A DNA stretch of 20,886 bases from Atribacterota bacterium (lineage in GTDB: Bacteria; Atribacterota; Phoenicimicrobiia; Phoenicimicrobiales; Phoenicimicrobiaceae): NCBI GenBank assembly GCA_038203565.1, contig JBBRDV010000020.1, positions 1 to 20,886 on the forward strand, written 5' to 3'. Of the stretch, positions 8,361 through 17,572 are shown piece after piece. The notes under the pieces are model-generated. The model ran no database searches, was not told the DNA's origin, and saw nothing but the letters and a program-made list of their open reading frames with translations. The position numbers and the translations under genes were made by a program. Numbering within the stretch: position 1 is the stretch's first letter; each line of letters begins with the position of its first letter.

Positions 8361-8630
8361 ATGCAAGGTACTAAATTATATGTAGGAAATCTTAAGTATT
8401 CTGTAACCAATGATACATTAAGTGAATTGTTTGCTGGTTACGGTGAAGTTAAGAGTGTCAACATTATCGAAGGTAAAGGCTTTGGATTTGTAGAAATGTC
8501 TTCTTCAGCAGAAGCTGGAAAAGCCAAAGATGCGTTAAATGATACCGATTTCGATGGTCGTCCTTTAAAGATTGATGAAGCCCGTCCACCTAAACCAAGA
8601 AGCGAATATCGTAGTAATAGTAGATACTAA
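8361..8630 (+). CDS. RRM (RNP-1) RNA-binding protein
   Basis: RBS AAGGAGG then ATG 8361. RNP2 LYVGNL, RNP1 KGFGFVEM, ALND..FDGRPLKIDEARP. Confidence 0.93.
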   Translation: MQGTKLYVGNLKYSVTNDTLSELFAGYGEVKSVNIIEGKGFGFVEMSSSAEAGKAKDALNDTDFDGRPLKIDEARPPKPRSEYRSNSRY

Positions 8631-8686
8631 AATAATAAATTAGCAAATAAAATAGACTAATTTAAATTTAAGGTAATTCTGTTGTA

Positions 8687-9859
8687 TCAATAAAGGCCAG
8701 TCATTTTATATAACAGTTTAATTAAATCTTCATCAGATGTGTCCCGCGGATTGTTATTTAAACTTCCCCCTTTTGCACCTTTAATTAATTGTGGAAAATC
8801 TTCTTCTTTTATCTTCCATTCAAAAAGATTTTCTTTAATTCCAACCGCTATAAGTATTTCTTTTATCTTTTCTACTGCTTTTTGTGCAGCTTCTGTTTCT
8901 GATAATAAAGAGATATCTTCCCCTAAGGAATGGGCTATTTTAGCCAACTTTTTGGTCACTACCGGCAGATTGTATTCCATTACATAAGGTAACAGTATTG
9001 CGCAGGATAGACCATGGGGTATTTTGTAATATACTCCCAAAGGGTGAGAGAGGGCATGAGCCGCTCCTAACCCTGAATTAGAAAGGCAAAGCCCACTCAA
9101 AAGTGCAGCCATAGCCATATCTTTGCGTGCTTCTAAATTTTTTCCTTCCTTGACTGCTTTGATTAAACTTTTACCAATTAATCCTATGGCATGTAAGGCC
9201 AGAGCATCGGTGATTTCCTGGCTTTTCTTGCCCAAATAAGATTCTATGCATTGAGTTAAAGCATCACCACCACAGATAGCCGTTATATGAGGGGGTAGGG
9301 ACAGGGTAAGTTCAGGGTCAACCAGAGCAACTTCCGGAATGAGCCAGGGGTTTCTTATGCTCTTTTTTACACCAAGTTTAGTATTAGTGATTACTGCATT
9401 TCTCGTCGCCTCTGAGCCGGTACCCGAGGTAGTGGGGATGGCGATAAAAGGGATGGGTTTGGTTTTAAATTTTCTGTCTTTTCCTTCGATTTCTTGATAA
9501 TCAGCCACCGAACCTTCATTGGTCACCATGGCCGAAATAGCCTTACCGGTATCCAGGACACTTCCTCCCCCCAGAGCTATAACCAGATTGCAGTTTCCTT
9601 TTCGGGCTAAACTTGTTCCGCTGTCTACTATTTCTACTGTAGGGTCAGAGGGAATATTTTCATAGATGACATATTTTAAATTATTTTCTATAAGTAAATG
9701 AATCAAGCGTTCTAGCGTCCCATTTTTTCTCATTGCACTGCTACCCAATACTATTAAAGCAGTACTCCCTAATTTTTTTGCTTCTATACCAACTTGAGAT
9801 AATCCTCCCGGCCCAAAGATAATTTTCCCCGGAGCATAAAATTCCACTATTTTGTTCAA
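8687..9859 (-). CDS. Iron-containing alcohol dehydrogenase
   Basis: ALGGGSVLDTGK, PTTSGTGSEAT, DALTQCIE, GLGAAHALSH, PHG; TTG start after RBS AAGGAGGAG. Confidence 0.93.
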   Translation of the reverse strand: MNKIVEFYAPGKIIFGPGGLSQVGIEAKKLGSTALIVLGSSAMRKNGTLERLIHLLIENNLKYVIYENIPSDPTVEIVDSGTSLARKGNCNLVIALGGGSVLDTGKAISAMVTNEGSVADYQEIEGKDRKFKTKPIPFIAIPTTSGTGSEATRNAVITNTKLGVKKSIRNPWLIPEVALVDPELTLSLPPHITAICGGDALTQCIESYLGKKSQEITDALALHAIGLIGKSLIKAVKEGKNLEARKDMAMAALLSGLCLSNSGLGAAHALSHPLGVYYKIPHGLSCAILLPYVMEYNLPVVTKKLAKIAHSLGEDISLLSETEAAQKAVEKIKEILIAVGIKENLFEWKIKEEDFPQLIKGAKGGSLNNNPRDTSDEDLIKLLYKMTGLY

Positions 9860-9904
9860 ATATCTACTCCTCCTTAAAGATTAAAATAAAGAAAAAATAT
9901 GTTT

Positions 9905-9928
9905 AAAACAGGGGACGGTTCTTTGTTT
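9905..9928 (+). repeat. REP-like unit; left arm of the inverted 17-bp repeat around the ABC/lipocalin operon
   Basis: AAAACA-GGGGACGGTTCTT-TGTTT; 9912-9928 is the exact reverse complement of 14622-14638. Confidence 0.75.
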
Positions 9929-9949
9929 GACATCACCCCAGTACTTAAA

Positions 9950-9985
9950 TAATAGGGACAGCTTGAGCTCAAGCTGTCCCTATTA
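9950..9985. repeat. Perfect 36-bp palindrome (two head-to-head AATAGGGACAGC units); may also terminate the lipocalin transcript
   Basis: TAATAGGGACAGCTTGAG|CTCAAGCTGTCCCTATTA. Confidence 0.85.
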
Positions 9986-10011
9986 ACCGCTACCCATAGA
10001 TAGCATTCTTT

Positions 10012-10572
10012 CTATATGGTTTCAGGGCAAATCTGAGGCGTTATCTTCAGTTTGCTAATATTATAGCCCCAATCCTCAGCTTGTTGAACCAGGCCATCAT
10101 AAATAGTCGGGTCCATCTGGGGAGTCCGGGATAAAATCCACAAGTATTTGTATTTTGAGCCGGTAACCATGGCATAAGTATAATTTTCTTCATCGAGGGC
10201 AATGATATTATATTGGCTGGAAATTATTGGGAAAAAACTGACCTTAAGACGTGCCGGCTCATTGGGATCAGGCACCCATGCTGTTCCGGTAATAGTGCTC
10301 AATTTACCTTCCGGTGATTCTTTATAGCCTTGATTAAGCACTTCGATTTTACCGTTTTCCAGTAAGGTATACGTGGCTGTTACGCAAACCAAATTTTTAG
10401 CAAACCAGGTGGGCAGGCTACTGATTTCATACCATTTTCCGGCATATTCTTCCAGGTCAACAAAATCAACCACGGGGACTGAATCATCAATCGATTCGCC
10501 AAAAAGGAAACATCCTGTCAAAAAGAGTAGTAATAAAGGAATCATAATGATTAATGTTATTTTTTTCTTCAT
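10012..10572 (-). CDS. blc: Bacterial lipocalin lipoprotein
   Basis: Signal peptide with lipobox LTGC; DLEEYAGKWYEI (SCR1), CVTATY, KLKVSF-like RLKVSF, YLWILSRTP (SCR3). Confidence 0.9.
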   Translation of the reverse strand: MKKKITLIIMIPLLLLFLTGCFLFGESIDDSVPVVDFVDLEEYAGKWYEISSLPTWFAKNLVCVTATYTLLENGKIEVLNQGYKESPEGKLSTITGTAWVPDPNEPARLKVSFFPIISSQYNIIALDEENYTYAMVTGSKYKYLWILSRTPQMDPTIYDGLVQQAEDWGYNISKLKITPQICPETI

Positions 10573-10574
10573 TT

Positions 10575-11159
10575 TTACACCTCCTTTCCGTAGGGTTCTA
10601 CGTTTTTAATTAATTCTTCCCAGAACATTTTTCTTTTAGCTGACTCCGCTGGTTCTTTTACCGGTAATTCCAAAAAAGGAGCATGATTTCCTTCCTTGTT
10701 TAATTCCTCTGATAATATTTCCGCCATAATACCCATTAATACCGGTTCATTTAGTTTAGGTTGTTCCACCGGGTTAGGTGATTCCGTATTATATCTATTC
10801 ACCTTATGTTCACCCCAATGGATACCGCAGGTAGGACTATTTTCCAGGCCGATGTAACCCACCAATCGATAATTACTACGGATAAATTCCCGAACCATCA
10901 ACATGGGTACTTTCAACAATTCTTTGCAATGATTCCGGAAGAAAATATTATCATACTGTTGCCGTCCCTGTGGATTTCTCTTCAAACCCATGGCCGTAGT
11001 CTCTGGACAGGGATATTGAATAATTCCTACCCTTTTTTCCATTAAATAATTCATCAGTTCATGGGATAAAGGAAAATTTTGGCCAAGGATATGAACCCGG
11101 CAATAGGGATTTACCAAGCACTGGGCAATTAAGATAATTTTACGGTCTTTCTTGCTCAT
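10575..11159 (-). CDS. DUF523/TudS-related (CD3072-like) putative Fe-S desulfidase
   Basis: Three-Cys pattern QCLVN, QYPCPE, SPTCG; also GLKR...QQYDN...FRNHC. Confidence 0.7.
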   Translation of the reverse strand: MSKKDRKIILIAQCLVNPYCRVHILGQNFPLSHELMNYLMEKRVGIIQYPCPETTAMGLKRNPQGRQQYDNIFFRNHCKELLKVPMLMVREFIRSNYRLVGYIGLENSPTCGIHWGEHKVNRYNTESPNPVEQPKLNEPVLMGIMAEILSEELNKEGNHAPFLELPVKEPAESAKRKMFWEELIKNVEPYGKEV

Positions 11160-11200
11160 TATCTTCCACCTTTATACATATTGATTACAGAAATATCAAT

Positions 11201-11986
11201 CTATCTTAGATTGATATTTTTTGCCTGATCCTGTTGACATAATTTACAATAATCTGGTGCCAGAGATAGCCATTGCTTATCTTCTTCTCCCTGATTGGGG
11301 AAATCTTTAATCACCTCGCCATCCAGCATTTCAACGATTCGATTGGATTTGGCGGCAATATGTCGTTCATGGGAAATGATTAAAAAGGTGGTCTCCGTTT
11401 CCTGATTAATTTTTTTCAATAATCCAAAAACTTGATCTGTATTGACTGAATCCAGATTTCCCGTGGGTTCATCGGCCAAAATCAAATCAGGTTCATTAAT
11501 CAGGGAACGCGCTATGGCTACCCGCTGTTGCTGGCCGCCGGACAAATTATTCCCTCTATTATACATCCTGTCCTTTAAACCAACCAGCTCCAGTAATTCT
11601 TTTGCTCTTTTTACCTTTTTAGCCGGTGACAGTTGATGTTTTATCCAGGTTGGTATCAAGACATTTTCCAGGGCTGTGAATTCTTTTAATAAAAAATGAA
11701 ATTGAAAAATAAAACCGATATGCTGGTTTCTGAATTCAGCCAGTTGATTATCTTTCATCTTTACAAGGGAAGAGCCCTTATAAAAGATAGTGCCCGAAGT
11801 GGGTTGGTCCAGAGCACCCAGTATGTTTGCCAGAGTGGTTTTTCCGCATCCGGAGGGACCGATCAGGGTGATAAATTCATTTTTTTGAATCTGTAGGTTA
11901 ACACCATTTAAAGCCATGGTTTTAATGGTCTGACCATAAGATTTTTTAATGTCTTTTGCTTCCAGTAATATGTTTTTTTCAGGCAT
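11201..11986 (-). CDS. ABC transporter ATP-binding protein (LolD/MacB type)
   Basis: [42 protein letters not shown]. Confidence 0.95.
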   Translation of the reverse strand: MPEKNILLEAKDIKKSYGQTIKTMALNGVNLQIQKNEFITLIGPSGCGKTTLANILGALDQPTSGTIFYKGSSLVKMKDNQLAEFRNQHIGFIFQFHFLLKEFTALENVLIPTWIKHQLSPAKKVKRAKELLELVGLKDRMYNRGNNLSGGQQQRVAIARSLINEPDLILADEPTGNLDSVNTDQVFGLLKKINQETETTFLIISHERHIAAKSNRIVEMLDGEVIKDFPNQGEEDKQWLSLAPDYCKLCQQDQAKNINLR

Positions 11987-13172
11987 TTCTGATTACCTCA
12001 ATGGGATTCATTTTCGCCGAGGTGTTGGCCGGAATTACTGCCGATACAATTCCGGCAATAGTCGTCACAATGACAACCAGAATCATTTGGGCAGGTTTTA
12101 TTTCAATAGAGAACACACTGACGAAAGTCGTAAAAGATCTGACCAGCATGGCACCCAATAAAGCACCGAGCAAAGCACCGAGCAGGCCGAGAATACCTCC
12201 CTGAAATATAAAAATCATTCGGGCTCCACTATTTCTGATCCCCAGGGCTTTTAAAATTCCCAATTCTCTATATCTTTGAACAACCGAGATTCCCAATACG
12301 CTGGAAATACCCAGAGTAACGGCCAGCAGGACAAAAATTTGAATGATATAATTGGAAAAACTTTGACTGCTTAAGGCATTCAGCAGCTGAGCGTTTTGCT
12401 CTTTCCAGTTATCAATCTTCAGTCCGGTTAATTGGTTGGTTAATTCACTGCCAATCTTATCGGCAGCAAAAACATTTTCAATTTGCAGTTCAATTTTAGA
12501 AATATAGTTCTCTTTATCCAGTAATTTTTGTGCTCTTTTTAAATCGATAAAAATCCAATTACGATTAATAGATTTATTTTCAAAGTAGAAAATGCCTTGA
12601 ATGCTAAATTTTTCCCGGACATTATTGGCTAGAGCGATCACCACAATATCTTGGGGATTTAATTTGAAGTCTTCTGCCAGATCTTTACCGATAAGGATTT
12701 GATTTTCTTCCAGGATATCATCTCCTTTTATGATGCGTTGTGAAATTTGATAAATTTTGTTCGCCCTTTCCAGCTCCACACCTCTTAGAAGAATGGGAGA
12801 GTCTTCTCCCCCTTTGACTAAAAATCCGTTCCCATCCAGAACCGGCGAAATTGCGGTAAATTGATTTTTTCTTACCAGATATTCCAAAATCGGACGCCAA
12901 TCCTGAAAATCAGCATATTCCTCCAATTGATTTTCAATAATTCCGAAGCGGGAAGTTTCTTTAATATCCTTAAAGATATTACCGCTCTCACCAATAGTGA
13001 TATGAGCACTGTTTCCCAAGGTCTGTTCGATGAGGTTAAACTGCAAACTGGTAATAATAGCGCCGATAAAAATGATGACAGATACACCAACCGCAATACC
13101 AGCCACAATAAATAATGATTGGTTTTTTCCTTCAATTAAAAATCTCAAGGCAACGCGTAAAGAAAAGAACAT
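11979..13172 (-). CDS. ABC permease, MacB/FtsX/LolE family
   Basis: N-terminal TM, large extracytoplasmic domain, RELGILKALG, three C-terminal TMs, NPIEVIR end. Confidence 0.92.
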   Translation of the reverse strand: MFFSLRVALRFLIEGKNQSLFIVAGIAVGVSVIIFIGAIITSLQFNLIEQTLGNSAHITIGESGNIFKDIKETSRFGIIENQLEEYADFQDWRPILEYLVRKNQFTAISPVLDGNGFLVKGGEDSPILLRGVELERANKIYQISQRIIKGDDILEENQILIGKDLAEDFKLNPQDIVVIALANNVREKFSIQGIFYFENKSINRNWIFIDLKRAQKLLDKENYISKIELQIENVFAADKIGSELTNQLTGLKIDNWKEQNAQLLNALSSQSFSNYIIQIFVLLAVTLGISSVLGISVVQRYRELGILKALGIRNSGARMIFIFQGGILGLLGALLGALLGAMLVRSFTTFVSVFSIEIKPAQMILVVIVTTIAGIVSAVIPANTSAKMNPIEVIRNA

Positions 13173-13184
13173 TAATCCACCACC

Positions 13185-14367
13185 TTATTTTGCTAATATT
13201 ACTTTCATCCCAGTTTTCAATCCTTTCGGTTCCAAAATAATTTCATTGGGAAGAAGTCCTTCTATGATTCTGATTTCTTGTGCTCTGGGATTATCAATTT
13301 TGATTGTTTTTTTCTGAACCAAACCGTCCCGATAATAAAAAACAAAATAATCACTATTTTCCTGGAATACAAATATTTGGGGAACGACCAGGGAATTTGG
13401 ATATTCTTTGGAGATAATTTCACATCGAACTGTCAAGTTCTCGATTAAATAATCTTTATCTTCAATTAATTTTACTTTCATCTTGACTGTTCCTTTATCC
13501 GGGTCAACCGAAGGTGCGATATAATTAATATAACCCTGGATTTTATTTTCCGGAGCAAATTCAGTTGACATTGAAACGGTTTGATTCAGGTTGATTCGGG
13601 GAAGATTTCGCTCATCCAGTTCAATTTCCACATATTTGCCGTCTTGTTTGGCCATGGTAAAGAGTCTTTCTCCAATCATGGCATATTCTCCTAAAGATTT
13701 ATATTTATGAATGATAATTCCATCCAGGGGCGAAAGAATGGTATGTTTTTTTAAATTATTCTTGAGTAAATCAATCCGGGCTTGCGCTGCTTTCATCTCT
13801 GCTAGAGCGGTTTCTCTTTTTGCTCCTCCCTCTGCGCATGATTCCATAAACTTATTTTGAATCAGTATTGGATTGCTGAAGTTCCAATTGATGTTTTATT
13901 TCCTCCAATTTTTCCAGGGAAATGGCTTTTTGATCGTAAAGCTTCTGATACTTCTCTACTTTTCCCTGAAGGTCCTCTTCCGCCAGTTTGGCCTGGCGAT
14001 ATTGTTCACGAGAGGTGGGACAGGTGGTGTTGACGATTTCATCATATCTTGATTGAGCCAAAGAATAGCTGGCTTCTGCCTGTTTTAGATCCAGATTAAT
14101 ATCGGTGTTATCAAATCTTAGCAAAGCTTGTCCTTTTTTAAATGTATCACCTTCATCTACATAAACATCGACAATTTTACCCGACACTTCAGTCTTCACT
14201 TCAGTTAAACCTTCCATAAGAACCGTTCCGCTGGTTAATATTTTTTCAAAATAATCCACCTGCTCAACCTTGGTAAAATTTACCTCTTTTGGGGTAGAGC
14301 GTTGGTAGAAATAAAATACACCCAGAGCAATGATTAATATAATGAAGATAATCAGGATTTTTTGCAC
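13185..14367 (-). pseudogene. MacA/HlyD-type periplasmic adaptor (membrane fusion protein) split by a frameshift near 13850
   Basis: ORF 14367-13852 has a membrane anchor, lipoyl half EVSGKIVDVYVDEGD..KKGQAL and a coiled coil. ORF 13847-13185 continues the coil and has ILSPLDGII and IAPSVDPDKGT. The two are out of frame, 4 nt apart. Confidence 0.8.
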
Positions 14368-14425
14368 TGGAAACCTCCTTAACTCAATGATAATTAATGG
14401 TGTATTAGATAGGTTGATTTATTTA

Positions 14426-14454
14426 ATTTTAAACCTTTTCAACCCGCTTAGCAA
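14426..14454 (-). promoter_or_regulatory. Putative sigma70 promoter of the adaptor-ABC-TudS-lipocalin operon
   Basis: Minus strand TTGCTA (14454-14449), 17 bp, TAAAAT (14431-14426). Confidence 0.5.
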
Positions 14455-14620
14455 GTAAATAGGGAGTTGTGGATATTTTTAATGATGTTTGCAATTGTGC
14501 TATGGTAAATATAGAGACAGACAACTATTTTATTTCACATTACCTCTACAAAGACCTATTATACCTAAAGGCAATTGTCAAGATTGACAGGATTTAGTGT
14601 AAATCATATTTTTAAAGCTT

Positions 14621-14644
14621 AAAACAAAGAACCGTCCCTATTTT
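14621..14644 (-). repeat. REP-like unit; right arm of the inverted 17-bp repeat
   Basis: Minus strand AAAATAGGGACGGTTCTTTGTTTT; shares GGGACGGTTCTTTGTTT with 9912-9928. Confidence 0.75.
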
Positions 14645-14662
14645 ATTTGAACTAACTCTAAA

Positions 14663-15904
14663 TTATTTTTTCATTAAATACAATCGGAGCATATTCAGAA
14701 GGCGGCGGCAGGCCCTTACACGGATTAATTGGCGGTCTCCGAATAGCTGGTGTTTTTGGGTGAGAGTCTTTTTACCATCAGCCAAAGCCATATAGACCAA
14801 TCCTACTTTCTTCTTCTCGGTTGCTCCTCCCGGACCGGCAATGCCGGTAATACTGATTCCTATATCACTATGACAGCATCTCCGCACACCTTCGGCCATT
14901 AATTTAGCCACTTGCCGACTTACTTCTCCATATTTTCTGATTACTTCCAGCGGTACTTTTATCATGCCTTCTTTGATTTTAGCATTATAACTTATCACTC
15001 CGCCTTGAAAATATTCAGAACTTCCTGGGATTCGGGTAATCATCTCTCCTAACATTCCTCCAGTGCAGGATTCTGCTACCGCTAATTTTAATTTCTTAGT
15101 TTTTAGTAAATTTCCCACTACTTCTTCGATGGTCTCTTCATCGCTCCCATAAATATAATCCCCCAACATTTTGGTTAATTGATTAACCGAAGATTGCAAC
15201 AGTTTTTCTACTTCTTTTTCAGTGGGAGCCTGGGTAGTTACCTGGACCTGAATATCTTCCGGCTTAGCATAGATACCAAAACAAAAATTGGTTTGTTTGT
15301 TTATATAGTCGCGAATAAGTTCATTAACCGATGCCTCTCCAAGGCCGGTAATCTTTAAAATTTTTGATTTTTTAATTATAGAAGGTGGATATTTTTCTTT
15401 TAAATAAGGGATTAGATCTTCTTCTATCAGGTTTTTCATCTCATGGGGGACACCGGGAAAAGAACAGATGATTTTGTTATCTTTTTCTAAAATCATGGCC
15501 GGGGCAGTACCATATTGATTAATGATAATTTTTGCTCCTTCCGGAAGATACGTTTGCTTGAGATTGCACGGGGAAATTGGTTTATTAATTTTTTTGAAAA
15601 ACTTTTTTAAATTTTCTTCAGCTTCCGGATATTTTAGTAGTTTAAGATTTAAAGCCCGGGCAATGGTTTGGTAGGTAATATCATCTTCCGTAGGTCCCAG
15701 GCCACCGGTAGTAATTATTAGATCAGAACGTTTGAGGGCGAGTTTTAAAGTGGATAATAAAGATTCGGGATAATCGCTAACAGCTGAAATATGCTCTAAA
15801 TCAATACCTGATTCAGCTAATTTTTGAGCGATAAAATTAGCGTTAGTATCGGTGATCTGTCCTCTTAATATTTCACTACCTATGCTGATAATTTCTGCTT
15901 TCAT
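14663..15904 (-). CDS. cinA: Competence/damage-inducible protein CinA (MoCF-binding domain plus NMN deamidase PncC domain)
   Basis: MKAEIISIGSEILRGQITDTN, TGGLGPTEDD, PGVPHEM, AESCTGG, ITGIAGPGG. Start moved to ATG 15904 (RBS AAGGA). Confidence 0.95.
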   Translation of the reverse strand: MKAEIISIGSEILRGQITDTNANFIAQKLAESGIDLEHISAVSDYPESLLSTLKLALKRSDLIITTGGLGPTEDDITYQTIARALNLKLLKYPEAEENLKKFFKKINKPISPCNLKQTYLPEGAKIIINQYGTAPAMILEKDNKIICSFPGVPHEMKNLIEEDLIPYLKEKYPPSIIKKSKILKITGLGEASVNELIRDYINKQTNFCFGIYAKPEDIQVQVTTQAPTEKEVEKLLQSSVNQLTKMLGDYIYGSDEETIEEVVGNLLKTKKLKLAVAESCTGGMLGEMITRIPGSSEYFQGGVISYNAKIKEGMIKVPLEVIRKYGEVSRQVAKLMAEGVRRCCHSDIGISITGIAGPGGATEKKKVGLVYMALADGKKTLTQKHQLFGDRQLIRVRACRRLLNMLRLYLMKK

Positions 15905-15992
15905 CAAAAAGATATTCCTTTCCTTAATCCATATATTCATTTTATAACATTATAATATATATTTAAAATAAATGACACATTTAAAAAAATAG

Positions 15993-16021
15993 TTGAATAA
16001 TGAATTTCTGTGTATTATAAT
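15993..16021 (+). promoter_or_regulatory. Putative sigma70 promoter for the gene at 16097
   Basis: TTGAAT, 17 bp, TATAAT. Confidence 0.55.
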
Positions 16022-16096
16022 TACCAGTGGTTTCAAGGTAAAGTAAAATAAATAAGATGTTAGAATAAACATAAAGATGGAAGAAGGCAAAACACT

Positions 16097-16660
16097 ATGG
16101 GAATAATAATGGACGCACTTAATAGAGTGATGGATTCGAACATTTATATAGGGGCAGGAATTATCTTTTTATTCAGAGTTTTGGATGTAGCTATGGGAAC
16201 TTTTAGAGTTCAGATGATAGTAAGAAGAAAAAAGCTTATTGCCGGCGTGCTCGGTTTTTTCGAAGTTTTAATTTTTATTCTGATAGTAAGCAAGGTAATA
16301 CAGGATATTGGGAATTGGTTTAATGTCATTGCCTATTGTGGAGGTTTTGCCGTCGGAAATGTAGTTGGAATATATATATCTGAAAAGATATCTAAAGAGA
16401 TAGTTTCTGTTGGTATTATTTCAAGAAGCAAATGGCAGGAGATTGAAAATAGGCTTCGAGATGAGGGATTCGGAGTTACCCGAAATATAGGATACGGTAA
16501 AGATGGAGAAGTTCAGATGCTCAGGGTAATATGTGAAAGAAATTATTTTCCCAAAGTAAGGGAGATCTCTTTAGAATATGACCGAAAAGCCTTTATTACT
16601 TCTTACCTTATTGCCGGAAAATCTGGCGGATGTATGTATGGAGTAAAGAGTAAACTTTAA
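16097..16660 (+). CDS. UPF0316 (DUF5698 + DUF2179, YebE-like) membrane protein
   Basis: IFLFRVLDVAMGTFR, GFFEVLIF, YCGGFAVGNVVG, LRDEGFGVT...GYGKDG, DRKAFI. Confidence 0.88.
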   Translation: MGIIMDALNRVMDSNIYIGAGIIFLFRVLDVAMGTFRVQMIVRRKKLIAGVLGFFEVLIFILIVSKVIQDIGNWFNVIAYCGGFAVGNVVGIYISEKISKEIVSVGIISRSKWQEIENRLRDEGFGVTRNIGYGKDGEVQMLRVICERNYFPKVREISLEYDRKAFITSYLIAGKSGGCMYGVKSKL

Positions 16661-17424
16661 TCATGGTTCCAAAGAGCTTTTAAATGTCTGGGTTTATCGA
16701 TATCCAGAGCGATTTCTGGAGGAGAGAGGATAGCCTTCCCTTTATAACCCCCCAATAATTCAGGGACTTTCTTTTCCAGGTCCTGGATAGACAGATATTT
16801 TCTTAAGTATTTCGCGGTTATTCGAGCACCCAGGAGTCGGGCTATTTTTAGAGGATGTTTTCTGAAGTAGATAAAATCGTTGATTATATCTGCACAATCG
16901 ATGATAATCCGAGGATTTATTAAAAGAATATTTCCCCCGGTAAAAGACCCTTCAACAAGATTAGCATAAATCCTTCTTAAATCTGAAGAGGGGTAAGACT
17001 GTTGATAAACTTCTTTATCGATTATAGGATAATAAATATCAAAACCTGGCCACCTATAACACTCTTCTATGAAATAGTCGATATGTTTTTCGGTTATTAA
17101 AGGGGCATCACAGGTTGAAATTAATATTAATGGGTCTTTTTTGAGGGGCAAAATTCCTGATTTCAAGGTATCGGGAATGGTTTGACCGTCGGAAATAGTT
17201 AGAGATACTAGATCTTTTACTAATTTTTGTACTTCTTCAGATCCGGCTACGATAATTTTATCAGTGTATTTTGATTTTTTTAAAGCTTCTATCATATGTA
17301 GAATCATAGGTTTGCGCTGAGGACCTATTTCAATTAATGCCTTATTTTCTTTTCCGGTAAATTTTCTCAGGCTTATTTTGCTTTTTCCGCCTGCCAGCAG
17401 CAAGACATTTATTTTTTTTAACAT
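16657..17424 (-). CDS. MobA-like NTP transferase family protein
   Basis: LLAGGK...NKALIEI, TCDAPLIT, FTGGNI, DIDKPRHL. Confidence 0.82.
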   Translation of the reverse strand: MLKKINVLLLAGGKSKISLRKFTGKENKALIEIGPQRKPMILHMIEALKKSKYTDKIIVAGSEEVQKLVKDLVSLTISDGQTIPDTLKSGILPLKKDPLILISTCDAPLITEKHIDYFIEECYRWPGFDIYYPIIDKEVYQQSYPSSDLRRIYANLVEGSFTGGNILLINPRIIIDCADIINDFIYFRKHPLKIARLLGARITAKYLRKYLSIQDLEKKVPELLGGYKGKAILSPPEIALDIDKPRHLKALWNHD

Positions 17425-17464
17425 AATTCTTCCCCAACTTGATTTTTCTTGATTATTTCTCTAG

Positions 17465-17489
17465 CGGATTCGATGAATCGAACCCCTAC
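17465..17489 (-). repeat. GTAG-family REP element
   Basis: Minus strand GTAG-GGGTTCGAT-TC-ATCGAATCC-G: GTAG tetranucleotide followed by an imperfect hairpin, intergenic. Confidence 0.65.
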
Positions 17490-17509
17490 ACGCTCCACGC
17501 TTAGGTTTA

Positions 17510-17538
17510 TTGACCACGACTAATTTAGATTATATAAT
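17510..17538 (+). promoter_or_regulatory. Sigma70 promoter of ogt
   Basis: TTGACC (17510-17515), 17 bp, TATAAT (17533-17538). Confidence 0.65.
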
Positions 17539-17572
17539 AAAAACATTAACAAAACAAAAGAGGAGAAAATAT

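Noticed and set aside
12160..12183. 12-bp tandem duplication AAAGCACCGAGC
   Set aside because: In frame; encodes the LLGALLGA transmembrane glycine repeat of the permease.
14576..14589. Palindrome TGTCAA-GA-TTGACA upstream of the ABC operon
   Set aside because: Could be an operator, but it is single copy and the nearby TATAAT is only 12 bp away, so neither promoter nor operator can be supported.
17510..17572. TTG start for ogt at 17510
   Set aside because: That TTG is the -35 box; the RBS supports ATG 17573. Likewise cinA (15904) and ktrA (19639) start later than the track shows.
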